A stretch of DNA of 63,994 bases, filler included, from Streblomastix strix (Eukaryota): assembly GCA_008636045.1 (NCBI GenBank). It is 3 parts of 3 records of this genome, joined end to end, with 100 filler letters (N's around TTAATTAATTAA, not from the genome) between each part and the next. Parts side by side here need not be neighbours in the genome. Positions count along the whole stretch, not along the records: positions 21,953 to 43,792 come from SNRW01000350.1; 2 more parts are not named here. One strand, written 5' to 3'. Below, in pieces: positions 21,953 through 36,052 of this stretch; position 1 is the stretch's first letter, and each line of letters starts with the position of its first letter. The notes beneath the pieces are model-generated. The model had not been told where the DNA came from. It made no database searches and saw only the letters and a program-made list of their open reading frames with translations. The translations under genes were made by a program, and so were the position numbers.

Positions 21953-24900
21953 CATAAACAGCAAATGCAGATACAGAAGAATAGTGTTAATGCAATAATG
22001 ACAACCAAAACAATGATCATTATCAACCACCAAGGGAATTTAGATCTTTAATTAACATCAATTATTAATAGAAGAGATTATCCAATCATTCCATCAATTC
22101 CAGTGAAGATCTTTCCATCATTAGATGTCAATATACCATATTACTTATTATTAGGATCAAACCAAGATTATGAATCATTTAATGTAAAATATGCTTTCTG
22201 ATCAGTTTAAGGATCTCCTTCAATAATAATTGCATCAGTACTTCCATCTTCAGGAGGATAAATCATTTCATTTGATATATCATTTTATTATCTATTATAT
22301 TCTTAATTCTTTATTTGAAGTAACAATTATGTAAAGATGGTATTATTAATCTCATTATTTACCTATATAATCTCAAATATCTTTACTCTTAGACTTCCTT
22401 ATATCATATTTGATCCTTCAAGTGTGAATTTGAATACTTTCGGATTCTTATTGTTTATATTAACACTTGCTTTGATTAATATGGTTATTTAGCTCCAAAA
22501 ATACTAAAGGAATTGATTATGTTGGAGAATATATTCTGGAGTTAATTAATTGAATTAGTTTTTATCAACATTTATTCCTTCAAGTTAATTTAAATCTGAA
22601 TTGATATCACTATAATTGCCCTTTATATATTCACCGAGTTATCCATATTGACATATTTCTTTTAATTAACTCATTACAATAAATATACTCTAACCTCCAT
22701 TTACTGCAGAATTATTATATATCTTCATTCCATGCAAATCAATTGCTTATTACGATGGAATATAATCTCCAGATCCAGTAAGGAAGATTGCTCCACCAAA
22801 TCCATTTGGAGAAGTTTAGGAAGATGATAGTGCTTAACATTCATGGAATTATGCATCTTGAATATTAAAGATTGGATTTGTATTAAAGTCAATATCTATA
22901 CTTATAGCTCCACCATTTCCATTATTACAAATGCATTTATAGAATTCGCATGAATCATTAATCTTCAATGAGCTTCCTGATTTCAATTATGCATTAATTG
23001 CTGCTCCATTTCCAATTCCTGATTATTAAATGTTTGAAAATGTTATGGTTATTAATTCAATAAAAGATTTGACAGATTCGGATTTGATTAATAATGAGCT
23101 CATATTATTATTGAGTTTATAATCTTATATTGATGTCTTTTTCATTATTAAATTTCCTCCATTGATCGAAATTATCGAGTGATATAGAATAATAGATGGA
23201 TTTGCAGATTTAAACTCGCAATCAGTAATAATTATATTTGCAGTTGAAGAAATACTATTTGCAGTTTCAGATATTAGTGGATTAGTGGCTAATGAAGGAA
23301 GATTATCAAATTTAAGTCCATACAATTCAAGATAACCAATATTTTCTACTTTGAAGAGGGAATTAGTATTTGTGGTTGTTGATGTTATAATAGATTATTT
23401 TGTATATACATTTGAAGTTTGGTATTAATCGGCTTTAATAGAAATATGATTTCCTATATTTGTGTTCTAATTAATTAAAAGACTATTTTCAAGTGAAGTT
23501 CCACTTTGTAATATTATATTAATAATTACACTACCTATAGGATAATTAGTAATTGCTGCCTTTTCAATATTTAAAATATATCCAATAGTTTAACAAGGAT
23601 TTATATTCGTTCCACAATCATCATTATTATTCTATGCAGAATGAATATAATAAGGATCTTTATATGTGATTGATGGAAGAATTACTGAACATTAATAGAA
23701 AAGTGGACAATGATTAGTTATTGGCTCTTTACCATCAATAACTTTAGATTTATCAATTCCCATAAAGTTGATTTTTTATTCTTCAGATGTAAGAATAGTG
23801 TCATTAACTTTAAGAAGTGATTTAGATGTTATGTTTGATCCAGTATCTTAAGTGTTTATAGATTCAATATGTATATAATTACCAGATTAAACTATAGATT
23901 AGCATCTTGTAAATATAAGATCAATCAAATAGAAATTGGAAGATGTAAGATCTGAAGCAGTAACTAAAGTTTGAATGAAGATCGATCCACCCCAACCAAA
24001 TGATCCTGATGAACCAGAAGTTGTTTTACAATCTGTGAAAGTAGAATTGTTAATCAAGATTACTGATGAAGTACTTTCTTGAATAATAGCCAATGCTCCT
24101 CCATTCCCAGGTTGATTGCAAGAACAGGATGTGAATTATGAATTTTAAATGTTTAATTCTCCATTATTTATTGATGAATATATAGCACCACCTGATCCTC
24201 CACTTTAGCAGTTCTGGAATTAAACATTATTATCTATTAATAATTTCATATCATCATTTACTTCAACAAAGATGGCACCTCCTTATGAGGACTAACAATC
24301 AATGAATTTGGAATTGGATATAAGGATTTAGCCATTATTAGAAATATTGAGAAATAATGCTCCACCAAATGTTGTATAACTCTTGCATTATATGAAGTTA
24401 ATATTTTGAAGTTCTAATCGCCCATCTTAACCCAATTCAGCATAAATAATACCATGATCATTGGTATATGCACTCTATTTAATATCAAGATATAAAAACA
24501 AAGCATTTCCATCTATTTTAAACTAACCATCATTATTATCAATATCGATTTCACTTTGAGTAGTACTATCATTATTAGCGTTTCTAAATGTCCTTGGTGA
24601 GATCGTTTAATAAACATACAATTGAGATGAAAGAGTTGTTTTATCTACAACATACACAATGTAAGTAGATGTAACATGCGCATTACGTTTTATATTATTA
24701 GCATCAAGCGTTTTACATGGAATTGAGAATAAACATCCATTTGTATCACGTCCATCTTGTTTAACATAAAATAATACTGCAGAAACATCACTAAATTAAA
24801 CGTAGCTATTTATAATAAGAATAATGAACAGCATATTCATTAAATTATAATGTTTTTAGCTTGGTTTCTTAAAATCATTCTTCTAATTGATTCTGAATAA

Positions 24901-25350
24901 GAAATGATGATATTTATTTGACTTGCACAAACTGAAGTATGTAGCAATAATTAAAGTAATAGTAAGATTCTTCACAATCTAACGAATTTACCATTATTAA
25001 ATCGATTAACTAAAGTAATTAATTAATTCTCCGAAATTTCTAATAATAGTTTAAATAAAGCTCATATTACTTATATTTATGATTTTCATTATGTTTTCAA
25101 ATTCATTTTTGATTTTATATGAGGTAGAGCCTTGCAATAATGAGATATTAAAGGTGTTTTAGGTTAAGAAGCTAATATTAAAAATTGAAGATTTAAGTGG
25201 AATTTCTTCGGTCAAAGAGTTGCGTGGAGAAAAGAATATTATTCCACCAATACAAGATAATATTGTTACAGTAATAATAATCATGAATAGAAGTATTTAT
25301 TCTCGGAGTAATGAGTTATGACAGATTTTAGAAAAAGTGCTTCTTTTCAT
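21953..25350 (-). CDS. Host surface protein with GGAI/FxxC beta-helix (Pmp/pectin-lyase-like) repeats and a C-terminal TM helix; 3'-truncated
   Basis: Repeated FxxC...GGA(I/L) units; TM segment FPWWLIMIIVLVVIIALTLFFCICCL; signal-like MLFIILII near 24840. The frame is open upstream to ATG 25350. Confidence 0.85.
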
Positions 25351-25869
25351 CTCTGGATAAGAAAATATATATAATATATAATAAAATGAAATATTATAAT
25401 TATTATATTTAATAATTATAAAAGTCCGAGTATTGACAAAACTATTCACGTGACTAACTTCAACGAAAAATTACAGAATATGTTTTATTTAACCAACGAG
25501 AAATAATTAATTTGGAAAAATTATTTTATATATATAAATGGACTTATTCCTGTGATTTGTCTTATTTTATATATTTAAATTTGATTTTTTGTTTATGATT
25601 TAGTTAAAAAAATGAAATTTAAAAGAAAATTAAGTCTAACTTCATCCTAATTTTATGAATGGTTTATAAATTTCCATTGTTGATTTAATCTGAAACAAGG
25701 TAAAAATAAATTGAAATGTTAATAAAACGATTTAAAAAATACTCACAAAACGAAAAAGATTACCTGGATTAAAATGAATGAATGATAATGTGAATAAAAA
25801 AATTAGAAAATAATAATTCAATAAAGAAAAGAAATAAATAAGAAATTGTTCAATTCAATCATTTATTAA

Positions 25870-27330
25870 ATTATTCACTCAATTTTTATTCATCTTTGAT
25901 CTGAGGTAAGTTCAATACTTCAATAATGTTAAGAGCTCCTTTGCAATATGAGAAATATCTTTATCTTAATTTTATGAGTGTGATCGAGTGAGTGAAATTT
26001 AGATTTCAGATTTAATTGTTGCTTTTGTCTCAAATTAACTATGTTTGATAAAGATCATTATGAGATTGATCACTTCAAGACAAAATTTTTCTAATTCATA
26101 ATCTGCCATATAATTTACAATTTTCTTTATAAATCAATTGATAAAAAGTTGAATGTGAATTTTTAATCAAAATATTAATATATAGTAAATAAATTGAATT
26201 AAATAAAATATCAATCCTTCACTTTCAACAAAACCAATAAGCGCAAAGAGTGACCTGCGTTTTGTTTTTATTTCTGGACTTCTGAAATGGACCTTTAACC
26301 GACTAATAATAGTGCGGCTATTTTCTGAAGGTAAAATGATACTTTGTGTGAAAATTAGATTGTTGGTGAAATATTGTCTTTAACATCATCAGATGCATTA
26401 AAATTTTTAATATAATCATTAAGTTATTGATTTATTCCATCTATTTATAATTCATATTCGAATATGCTTTCTTCACCATCATTTTTATTAACACTTCCCG
26501 CTTGACTTACTCTATCAATTATTTCTGATATTTTCAAATTCTTTTGTGTATGTCAAAGGTCTAAATATTTAATTGCGAAATGCACTAATCATTTTCTGAA
26601 AATTTCAATAATTCATCATATATACACTCATTTACAGTTATATATAATTATTCAATCTACCATTTATATTATTGATTAAATGATTTTATTTCAATGATAG
26701 ACATTAACAGATTAATAATTCCACCATTATTCATTTGACGATCAATCATTTGAGGATTCCACTCATATATGCCTGTAATTGAATAACATAGCGGATTAAT
26801 AACTCTTACCATTCCATCTTTACCATCAATAATTATCTTCAGAATACCATATGAATAATTTAATGAATATAATTATACTTCAATCCTTAATATACAACTT
26901 TCATTTATTTTATAACTTAAGATAGATAAGATATTTTTTTTCATTTCATCAAAATGTACAAGTTGTGATATAATTTGGCGTTTGCCCTATGTCAAAAATA
27001 AAACAAATACTCAGTATTGTAAATAAATATATTTTTAATGTTTCATTTGTTAAAATTGTTGATGATGAACAGTTGAATAATTGATTCTAAACATCATTTT
27101 TGGAATCTACCTGAGTTATAGGATCTTATGTTAATGTATTTGAGATACTCGAAAAAACAGCGCAACATCATTGAGTATTTGAGCCAAATTCAAGAACTTC
27201 GAAGCGGAGTGCAGTGCAAATCTGAAAATCAAATGATTTGTTTCTACTTTGTTCTACCAATCATCAAATACTTCTATTTTTTCTTCATAGTAAAATTAGA
27301 GGGGTTAAAATTTGATTGATAGGTTCTAAA
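25870..27330 (-). pseudogene. Host-type helical hypothetical gene with introns, degraded
   Basis: Coding-like stretches (...INPLCYSITGIYEWNPQMIDRQMNNGGIINLLMSII...) separated by GTAGAT..AG introns. Limits approximate. Confidence 0.35.
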
Positions 27331-27369
27331 TTTTTTTTTAATTTTCTTTATAAATACAACCACTTCATT

Positions 27370-29760
27370 GTGTGTCAATCAACAAGAATTTATGTCTTTA
27401 GATTCCAAGTAGAAGATGATTAACATGGTTTTTAGAATGTTAACGTATCAGACATACATATTTTGTCTTATAATTTACTAATTTTAATAAAATGGAAGAA
27501 TTGCCGCTAGTTACAACATTTCTTATTCTGTTTTTGACTAATGATGGTCGATAAATGATGTAAATTCTTTAAAACAGATATTTATATTAAGATAAAGAAC
27601 AAATATAACTTTTAAAAAACAAGTGAATGGAAGAATTAATTAAAAAACGAAAGAAAGTTAAACTGAAATACAGTACGGCTTTTAGGACCGAACAGCATTT
27701 TAGGCCCGGACGCCCATTGTGACAGCAAAACAATCAAACTGCCTAAAAAATGATAAAGTTATTTTTTATTTTTCATCAAAAAAATTACATGTTTACATAT
27801 TTAAAAATTATTAAAAATACACCTACTTATTCTAATTACTGCTCTATGCCAGAAATCGACTGTAAAAAAAATATCGAAATATTTTTATTGCAAATATATA
27901 TTTATTAATCAAAATTAAATATTTAAATAACAATTGTTTATTAAAATATACGATAAATGTGAAAATGAATGAAACATAAGTTGTAAAATTTAAAAAAATG
28001 AAATAATGCTTCTAACGTCACAGTGCATATTCCAATTCACTTCATATTATATAATTCTATAGATAACGAATTAATAAATAAAAATTATTTTAAAAATAAT
28101 ATTATTACCTTAGTATACTTGCATAAACTAAATTCTCTTTTTTGTTTTATAACTATTTGCCGCCTAACCTAGCTGTTCTATAAGTTGATTTAAATTTATG
28201 AAAAATAGCTGTTTAATCAGCATAAAAATCTAAAAATTGTTAATATTTGACTATAATATAAGTATTGAGAAAAAAAAAGTTAAGATTATTGAATTCATTA
28301 AATAGTACTTTAAACAGTAAGAAATTGGAAGTTATTTCCATTCATTTGAATCAATTAATGAGTTTTAAAATCAAATATATATGAAAATTGATAAAATTAC
28401 ACTATATTACAAATTAATAATTTACAATTGTCGATTTCTGGCACATTGGAGCAAGATGAATATATATGTATTTTTATTAATTTTTAAATACGTCAATAAG
28501 TAATTTTTTTAATGAAAAATAAAAAAAATAACTCTAAATTTTTTTTATGCGGTTTGATTGTTTTGTCGTCACAATGGGCTTCCGGGCCGAAAATGCTGTC
28601 CGGTCCTAAAAAGCAGTACTGTAGGAATAATAATGAGATGGGAATGAATTTGATGATCATGTATTGACTGACGTTGAGAAAATAGAAGAATTTTAAAAAT
28701 TATGTGAAGTAATTTTATCTGATGAACAATTTGAGGAAAGATAAATTTTATAAAACGAAATTTTAAAGTCAAAATCCAAGAAAAAGAATTAGATTTGATC
28801 TTATTGCATCTGATGAGTGCAGAAGTACTTAAATTGAAAGAGAAGGTTCAATATATTTGGAGTGAAAGTCAAAAGATGATCTAATAATAGTTAATGTAGC
28901 AAAAGATAGTGCTTAAATTTTTAAAATTTAGCAGGATTAGTTCTATATTGACTATGGAAATTTGCCAAAATTTTCATTCACTGGATTATTTTTGAATTTT
29001 TCAGAAAAGGCATAATAAACAAGCCCGAAAAATCCTCTATTTCGCTTTATTTTCATTCTATTTCCGATCATTAATATCAATCTCTCCTCAATATATAATA
29101 AAACTAATGATTTAATAGAACCTCAAAATCGAACTGATGATTATAACATTTATCATGATGCAGATTTTATCTTTATTCAAATATAAAAAGAAAAAAATTA
29201 TTATCAAAAGGTTACTGATGAATAACAGCAAAACTGCAGAAATAGAAACTGAGTGTACTTTGAGTATAACATCAACGAGAACAGTTGCAACGTCAAATTT
29301 TATCTAGTAGGCCAAATAATAGTAATTTGTTAATTGTTTATAATGAGAGCTTTAACTTACCCAGCCTAATTTTATAAACATCTAGATCGTTCCATAAAAA
29401 AAGGCCAATCACCTGCGTTTCAGCTTTTTGATGTAAACACAATGAATAACTTGAATTATTTAAAGGGATTATAACAATATTTTCACTTGTACTTTCACAT
29501 ATAGCATCCTTCACATAATTATGCTCTGCGAGACTGTTCAGTTCGACTTTCTTCGATGAAATAGAGTAATTCCACTTTTATAACGACGGGGGCAAATACT
29601 TCAGGAATATATAAGTTGACTACTCTTTACTAAGATTAGATGATCATATAATTCCAGGTGCAGAATTTTCTGTCAATTTTAATGAACTTTATCAGAGTAA
29701 AGGGGAGGTAGATGGTTCATTAGGCCAATTTATTATTAAATAATTACAAAATTAAACTAT
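27370..29760 (+). pseudogene. Degenerate Sola-like transposase, interrupted by a TIR element
   Basis: IYNKTNDLIEPQNRTDDYNIYHD matches FYNKTHNLIEPNTRTDLCNICND at ~43270. NDGGKYFRN (~29590) and QSKGEVDG (~29700) look like decayed SDGGPHFKN and HGK..VDG. Confidence 0.7.
27671..28621. mobile_element. Non-autonomous Tc1/mariner/pogo-type element (951 bp), ~200-bp TIRs, TA duplication
   Basis: TA|CAGTACGGCTTTTAGGACCGAACAGCATTTT...AAAATGCTGTCCGGTCCTAAAAAGCAGTACTG|TA; the arms pair inward to GCCAGAAATCGAC. Confidence 0.92.
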
Positions 29761-30334
29761 TTTATTCAATTCCAAATTTGGTTGGGGTCAAAAATGGGGA
29801 GACAACAGCTGGGAGAATATTAAACTTGGACAAAACTACAGCAATTTAGGAAAAGAAATATCTGCATTTTGTCCGCTACCAGCGTTTCAAAGCAATAAAA
29901 CTGAAAAGAATGAAGAATTTTTGTACTTTGATTGGATACTGTAAAATGGAACTGCAGTTTAACCAAAGTTAACTAATATACAACCTTGGGAGTTTTGTGG
30001 GCAAAGGGATAATATCATATACAAATAAGCAATGGAGAATATTTAATATTTTCTTTTATTTGTGTTTGTAGTTATATTATTGAGTTTTGTTTATTACACA
30101 CCTAAATATTATGTCAATAATAATAAACGATAATGAAGAATAGGTTGAAGGGTTTCTTTGATATGTAATTATTTCTTTTTGAATAAATAATAATTCAGCA
30201 TTTGTAGAAGCGTTAAAAGATATTAAAAAATCAATCATTTAATAAATTATCATTAAAAAACAATTTTCTTAAATTCATTTATTTAAAATAATAAATATTG
30301 TATTTAATTGCAGTTAAAAATAAAAAAAATTGTT

Positions 30335-31730
30335 AATTTCAAAAAAATGTATTTAATAATAAAATAATAATTTTTATAAAAATTTAATTTAAAATTTTAA
30401 ATTTTTTAAATAATTTTATCTAAATAAAAAATTTTATTTAATATTTTTTTTTAATAAAATCCGTTATAGTAATTCTAAATCATTAAAAAATTTATTTAAA
30501 CAGATAATATTCGAAAGATTTTCTACTTATTTATTACTAAATTATTTCTCATAATATCTGCATGCAACAATTGATATATCAATTTTAATTATTTATTTTT
30601 CTATCATCAATTTATCATATAATATATTTTTTATTTTAAAAATATAAATTCTAACATCAATTTAAAAGTAATTTTATGTTGAGAAACTATTTTTATTAAA
30701 GCATCGTTTTTCTTTAAAAATTAAGAAATGTCAAAATTAACTAATAATGAAATTTAAGCTACTACAGAAGCTTAGAATGACTAAAATTCGTTTAGACTTG
30801 CAAGAATTAATGCTTTGGCCAAGTTTCATAAACAGCTATCAAATGAATTTTAGCCTGCATGCGGTGCAATTGAATGAGTATTGCAAGTTGATCACGAGAG
30901 AGAAGATAATGTACTTTTTCCAATAAAAAATTATGAGAAAGACATGGGATCTGCGAATAATTAATTATTTGGACGATATTCTCCTATTACACCAGGATTA
31001 ATTGATCATGAAACAACGAACAATCCGTTTGATGTAAATATTCGAACAGTTTGGTCTAACAATCTCGCTTAAGAAATACGAGCTGGAACTGAAAAAAGAG
31101 AAAAAGCACTGGGATTGAACTTAGAATTCAGAGAAGGGAATTATATATTAAAAGGATTGTTGTATAAAATTTCAAAACATTCAATTATAAGTATTTTTTA
31201 CCATCAACTGTTAATTAAAATAATTAAAAGTAAATATTTATATAAAATGTATTGAGTATAATTTAAAAAAAATATTTTTTTATTAAACAACGTAATATTT
31301 AATGAGAAACTTTTGTTTGAAAATTTATTATTTTTATCCTGACAAGGTGGTCAAAAAATAATATATTTTATAACCGAATTTTATATATTTAAACTCAATT
31401 AGCTGACCTCATTTGTAGAAGCTATAAAAGATATTAAAATTCCGATCATATAATATATTATCATTTAAAGACAGTTATCATAAAATTCATTTATTTATTA
31501 TAATAACGATTATATTAAATTAGAGTTGAAAATAAATAAAAATCTTTAGTTTCAAAAAAATCTACTTATAAACATAATAATAATAATTTTTATAAAAAAA
31601 ATTTATTTAAAATTTTAAAATTTTTGAATAATTTTTCCAAATAAAAAAATTTTTTTTAAATTATTTTTAATAAAAACTATTATTGTAATTCTAAATCACT
31701 AATAAAATTCATTAAATGGATAATATATAA
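30335..31730. repeat. Pair of ~180-240-bp AT-rich direct repeats (30335-30510 and 31488-31730)
   Basis: Colinear blocks TTTCAAAAAAAT...AATAATTTTTATAAAAA...GTAATTCTAAATCA...GATAATAT. Confidence 0.6.
30920..31140 (+). pseudogene. Reverse transcriptase fragment (DIRS-like)
   Basis: DLRIINYLDDILLLHQD...IFEQFGLTISLKK; YLDD at 30966-30977. Confidence 0.85.
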
Positions 31731-32269
31731 TACGATCGATGCGGCTAAATTTATACGTATGATTTCATTTTTAATAAAATTATTTTTTTAATATGGAAGT
31801 CTGGAAAGACTTTGCAAACATTGCAATGTAATTAATGTAACTTTAAAAAAATTCAAACCAAAAAACAGACAACCAACAAGAAAAACTTAAATTTTATTCA
31901 TCCAATCAATATTCCTAAATATATCAAATTAAATAAAAGTAGCAACAAAATATATTTTTTCAATAATCTGACATTTAAATAGTGCAATTTGTTGGCATTT
32001 CTAATCTTTTGACCTCGAATAATATGAAGAATAATAGTTTACTTTCAGAATACTTAAAAAGCACATTTTCAATATTCTTAATAATGCATATCTATAAATT
32101 TAAGTTCAACTTGATGAGCATTTAATATTTTATTGCAAAATTCTACATTAGTAACACCAATCAAAGTACGTTTTGCGGGTTAATTAATAATTGTGATGAA
32201 ATTAGTTTAATTATGTTTTAAATTGATACAAATCTCCTGAAAATAATTAGATATATTTAAAAATTTTAA

Positions 32270-32930
32270 AAATAATAATATATAAAATTAAGTAACAAAG
32301 ACAATATTAGACAAACACATTTACTTGGAACATTCGTTTCAGAAAAATAACTCTCAGATAATTTGTATGCTGTCTAATTATAGCCTTACAATTGCTCTTG
32401 CATGACTCCATTATAAGTTGCTTATTTTACTTTAGACAGTGCAAAGTATTATTATTTAAATACATATTACAATTTTATTACTCCAAGCTTAGATATGAAT
32501 AGATTTCATTATATCTACGGAGATACAGATAGTTTGTGCTTTGCTGTTGCTGGTTATGAAGCTGCAGGAATACATTAAGGATTAGAAAATGTAATAAGTG
32601 ATTAATAATTATATTATGAAACATACTATTGGTTTCATCCAAGAAACCATGATGATGTATATGAAGGGAAAAAAATAAATGGATAAACAGTCTAAAGTGA
32701 AGGATCTGCTTGTATAGCATTAGCAGCGAAGTGTTATTATACAAATACCAAATCATCAATTATTAAATTAAAGGAAGTAAATTTGAAGTAAAATTAAAAT
32801 ATTAATTTTCAAAAAGCATTTCAGAACAATACTAATAGCAATACTGTAACAACTGTGGAACACACTTCTTTAATACAAAAGCATGTATTATATCTCGAAT
32901 AACGTAAAATAAAATAGAAATCTATAGATA
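32270..32930 (+). pseudogene. polB: C-terminal fragment of a second protein-primed PolB
   Basis: TPLQVAYFTLDSAKYYYLNTYYNF...RFHYIYGDTDSLCFAVAG. Heavily decayed upstream remnant to ~31790. Confidence 0.88.
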
Positions 32931-32963
32931 ATTATATCAATTAAACCACTTTTGCATCATAAA

Positions 32964-35900
32964 ATGATAAATAATAAGCAATTTTAGTTAAAGAAAACAA
33001 ATTATACAAAGAAGTTAATGAGTTAAGGAAGAAAAATTAAATCAATGCCAATAATGTTCAAGATTGTATGAATGCACTCGAATATGATTATTAGAGTATT
33101 AATGACGAATCATTAGAAATCGTTAATGATTTCGAACTCACGAATGTTGAGCCTTAACTGCAATAAGAGCATAATAACGTAAAATCATAAGAAGAAGATA
33201 ATTTACATCCATTACAACTCACATAAATAATTGAATAAGATTTGTAATAAGATAATATTAAAGATGAAAACTAAAATGAGTCAATCTCTGATTCAGAAGA
33301 TCGAAGATTTACGCAACTTTAGTTGCAACAAACAGAGTTTGCTGTATCTCACGATTCAGTGCAAGTATAATAATCTAAATCTATCATATCTGATGAAGAT
33401 AAATAAGAATTACATCGAAATAGGATATGGAGATAATCATTGACATTAAATACTGATAATGCCATAGGTAAGCTATATAATTATTAGAAATTTATCGAAT
33501 GATATGTATAAGAAATTGAAACTGGGAAAGCAGTAGACATATCAAAATGTCCATATTTAGCTGTTGTTGATATAGATTTTGATAAGAAACTTGACGAATA
33601 ATAACGTAAAGTTATAAATTATGAGCTATTACAATAACTTAACAGTAATAAATCACTTAAAGTTGGCTTAGTTCGAACTTCTCACGGTGGAATATACATC
33701 TATTGTCATATGGGAGATAATAAATTAAGATAGAATTCTATCATTGGGATAATTAAATCGTTGGAATCTAATCCAATGAATAAACGATATGTAGTTGATG
33801 TATTTGCTTGCGTTACATATTATAATGAAGAATTTAAAGAAAAAACATTGAGATGGGTTATATTACCTGATTCAATAGTTAAAGATAAGGATTTTGATGT
33901 TGAATTAGAATACACAAATCTAATTAATATGTGGAAAATAACTAAGCTATCAACTATTAAGAAAGTGTTTTAAACTTTGAATTTTAACATGAATCTTATC
34001 TTATATAATGAGAAATCTAATGATAATAGAATAATTAAATAAGCAGTTCAGTCGCTTGCAAAACTTGTTGGGTAAGAATCATCTTAATAAATTACGACTG
34101 ATTTAGAAATTATCGATGAATTTACAATCAAATACTCACTTCGTGATTAAACAGCTAAAGCTGTGTATATTCAGCTTGAATAAATTGATAAATTATCCTA
34201 TGACATTTCTCAAAGTGATTGTAAGATTGAAATGACATAATAAACATGTATATTATTCTGTAATGGATTAAATGGATTGGAAATTCATAATGATGCATAA
34301 GAACTTAAGAAAGAAATTACATTCTTAGCACTATTCAAGCCTATCAATAGCTTGATTAAGATAGATGATATTAATGAGGATTTCATTAATGATATCTATC
34401 AAAGAATAAGAACTATGAATAATCTTACTGATTCTGCTAAGTAACACTTCGATTCATAACGAGAAAGATATAAGAATGAAATGACAAATCCTTGTACATT
34501 GTAAGGAATCATAAGTGATTATAATCTAAGCTACTATAAAGATGTAGTAATCAAATGATTAGATAAAACTAAGAATGATGACAATATATCTGATAGAACT
34601 TCGTTGACAAGTACGAAATCATAGAGTTCATACAGAAGTCTAGATAAAACTTAGATTCATATGTCATAAATGAATTTAGATGACCCATTCACATTGGTTG
34701 ATATTGAAATGAAAATATACAATTAAGAATATGAATGTGATGAAGATATTGTAACTGATATGCTTAAGATAATGAGAATAATTAATCGGAAGAATGAAAT
34801 ATTCATAATGAAACGATATGATTCTACTGTTAAGAGATGTACATTTGATATATTATCTGATGATGCTGTTTAGAAGACGTTAAGTAAAGAGAAATTGGAT
34901 AGATTTAAGAAGAATAATTTAAAATTATGGAGTTAATTTCAAGAATGCGCTGGAGTATTTAGATTACGAGACGTACCATTCTTAAGTGATGAATAAGATG
35001 TATTTTCCATATTCTAAGGCTGGAAACACAAGTTAGTTAATGAAATCAATATGAATACAATATAATTATACTTAGATCCAATTAAAGAAGTAATTGCAGC
35101 TAATGACAACAATACATATGAATATATTCTGAACTGGATTAGTTTCATTATATAACATCCTGATGTTAAATCAAGGGTTGCTATTGTAATTCATGGAGTA
35201 TAAGGAACTGGAAAGAATACATTTACTGATGTATTATGTGATCTAATAGCTGGTTATTCAGCTAAGAACATAATAGATATTGAAGAAATAACTGGTAATT
35301 TCAACTCAGTTATTGAAAATAAATCATTGATTATACTCAATGAATTGAAGAATTTCACAGAATAAAGAGCTTTAAATAATAATGCATTGAAATCTATAAT
35401 TACAGATGATGTATAACGAATCAATGAGAAGTTCGTTACAAGAAGATATTCATAGAATGTAGCAAATCTTATATTCATATCTAATAATAACTGTCCAGTA
35501 AAAATAGAAACAACTGATAGAAGATACTTAATTTGTTAAACTCTTGATGCTCATAGACATAACTTTGAACACTTCGATAAGATACACTAAGCTATTAAAT
35601 AAGCAGATTTATATGACAATCTCTTAACTTTCTTCATGAAACGAAATATATCTTAGGCAAATCTATAATTAATTCCAATGACTGAAGCCAAGAAATATAT
35701 CTAGAAAGTAAGCAAATCACCAGTTGAAAACTTCATTGTTAAATATCTGAAGCAATTAGAATAAGGTATGGAATGTAATTTAGCAGTAGAATACAAGCCT
35801 AAAGAACTAACTAAGTTCTAATTCAAGGCATAACTCAAAGATATTTGTGATTATGAACGTAAGAATGCTCCAAATAGTAAATGTACGAAGAAGATTGGTT

Positions 35901-36052
35901 ATTATAAGTTATAACTTGGTTTAGTTTAAGATTATGAATCAATGAAAGATGAAGAGAATAAAATCAATGGTGATGACGATGATGAAGAAGAAGATTATAC
36001 AAATCTAAAAATAATATCAAATAATTAAGATGGTGATATAATTAATCAATGA
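32964..36052 (+). pseudogene. AEP prim-pol / superfamily-3 helicase fusion (D5-like)
   Basis: AVVDIDFD (~33570), VRTSHGGIYIYC (His replaced), Walker A GVQGTGKNT (~35200), LIILNE, IFISNN, DRRY. A few stops and frameshifts. Confidence 0.88.

Noticed and set aside
28140..28200. YLPPNLAVLQVD inside the MITE as a pogo transposase remnant
   Set aside because: Too short and unsupported by other motifs.
4058..31140. Diversity-generating retroelement (RT plus fibre variable region)
   Set aside because: The RT is a short DIRS-type fragment on a different contig, and no template/variable repeat pair was seen.
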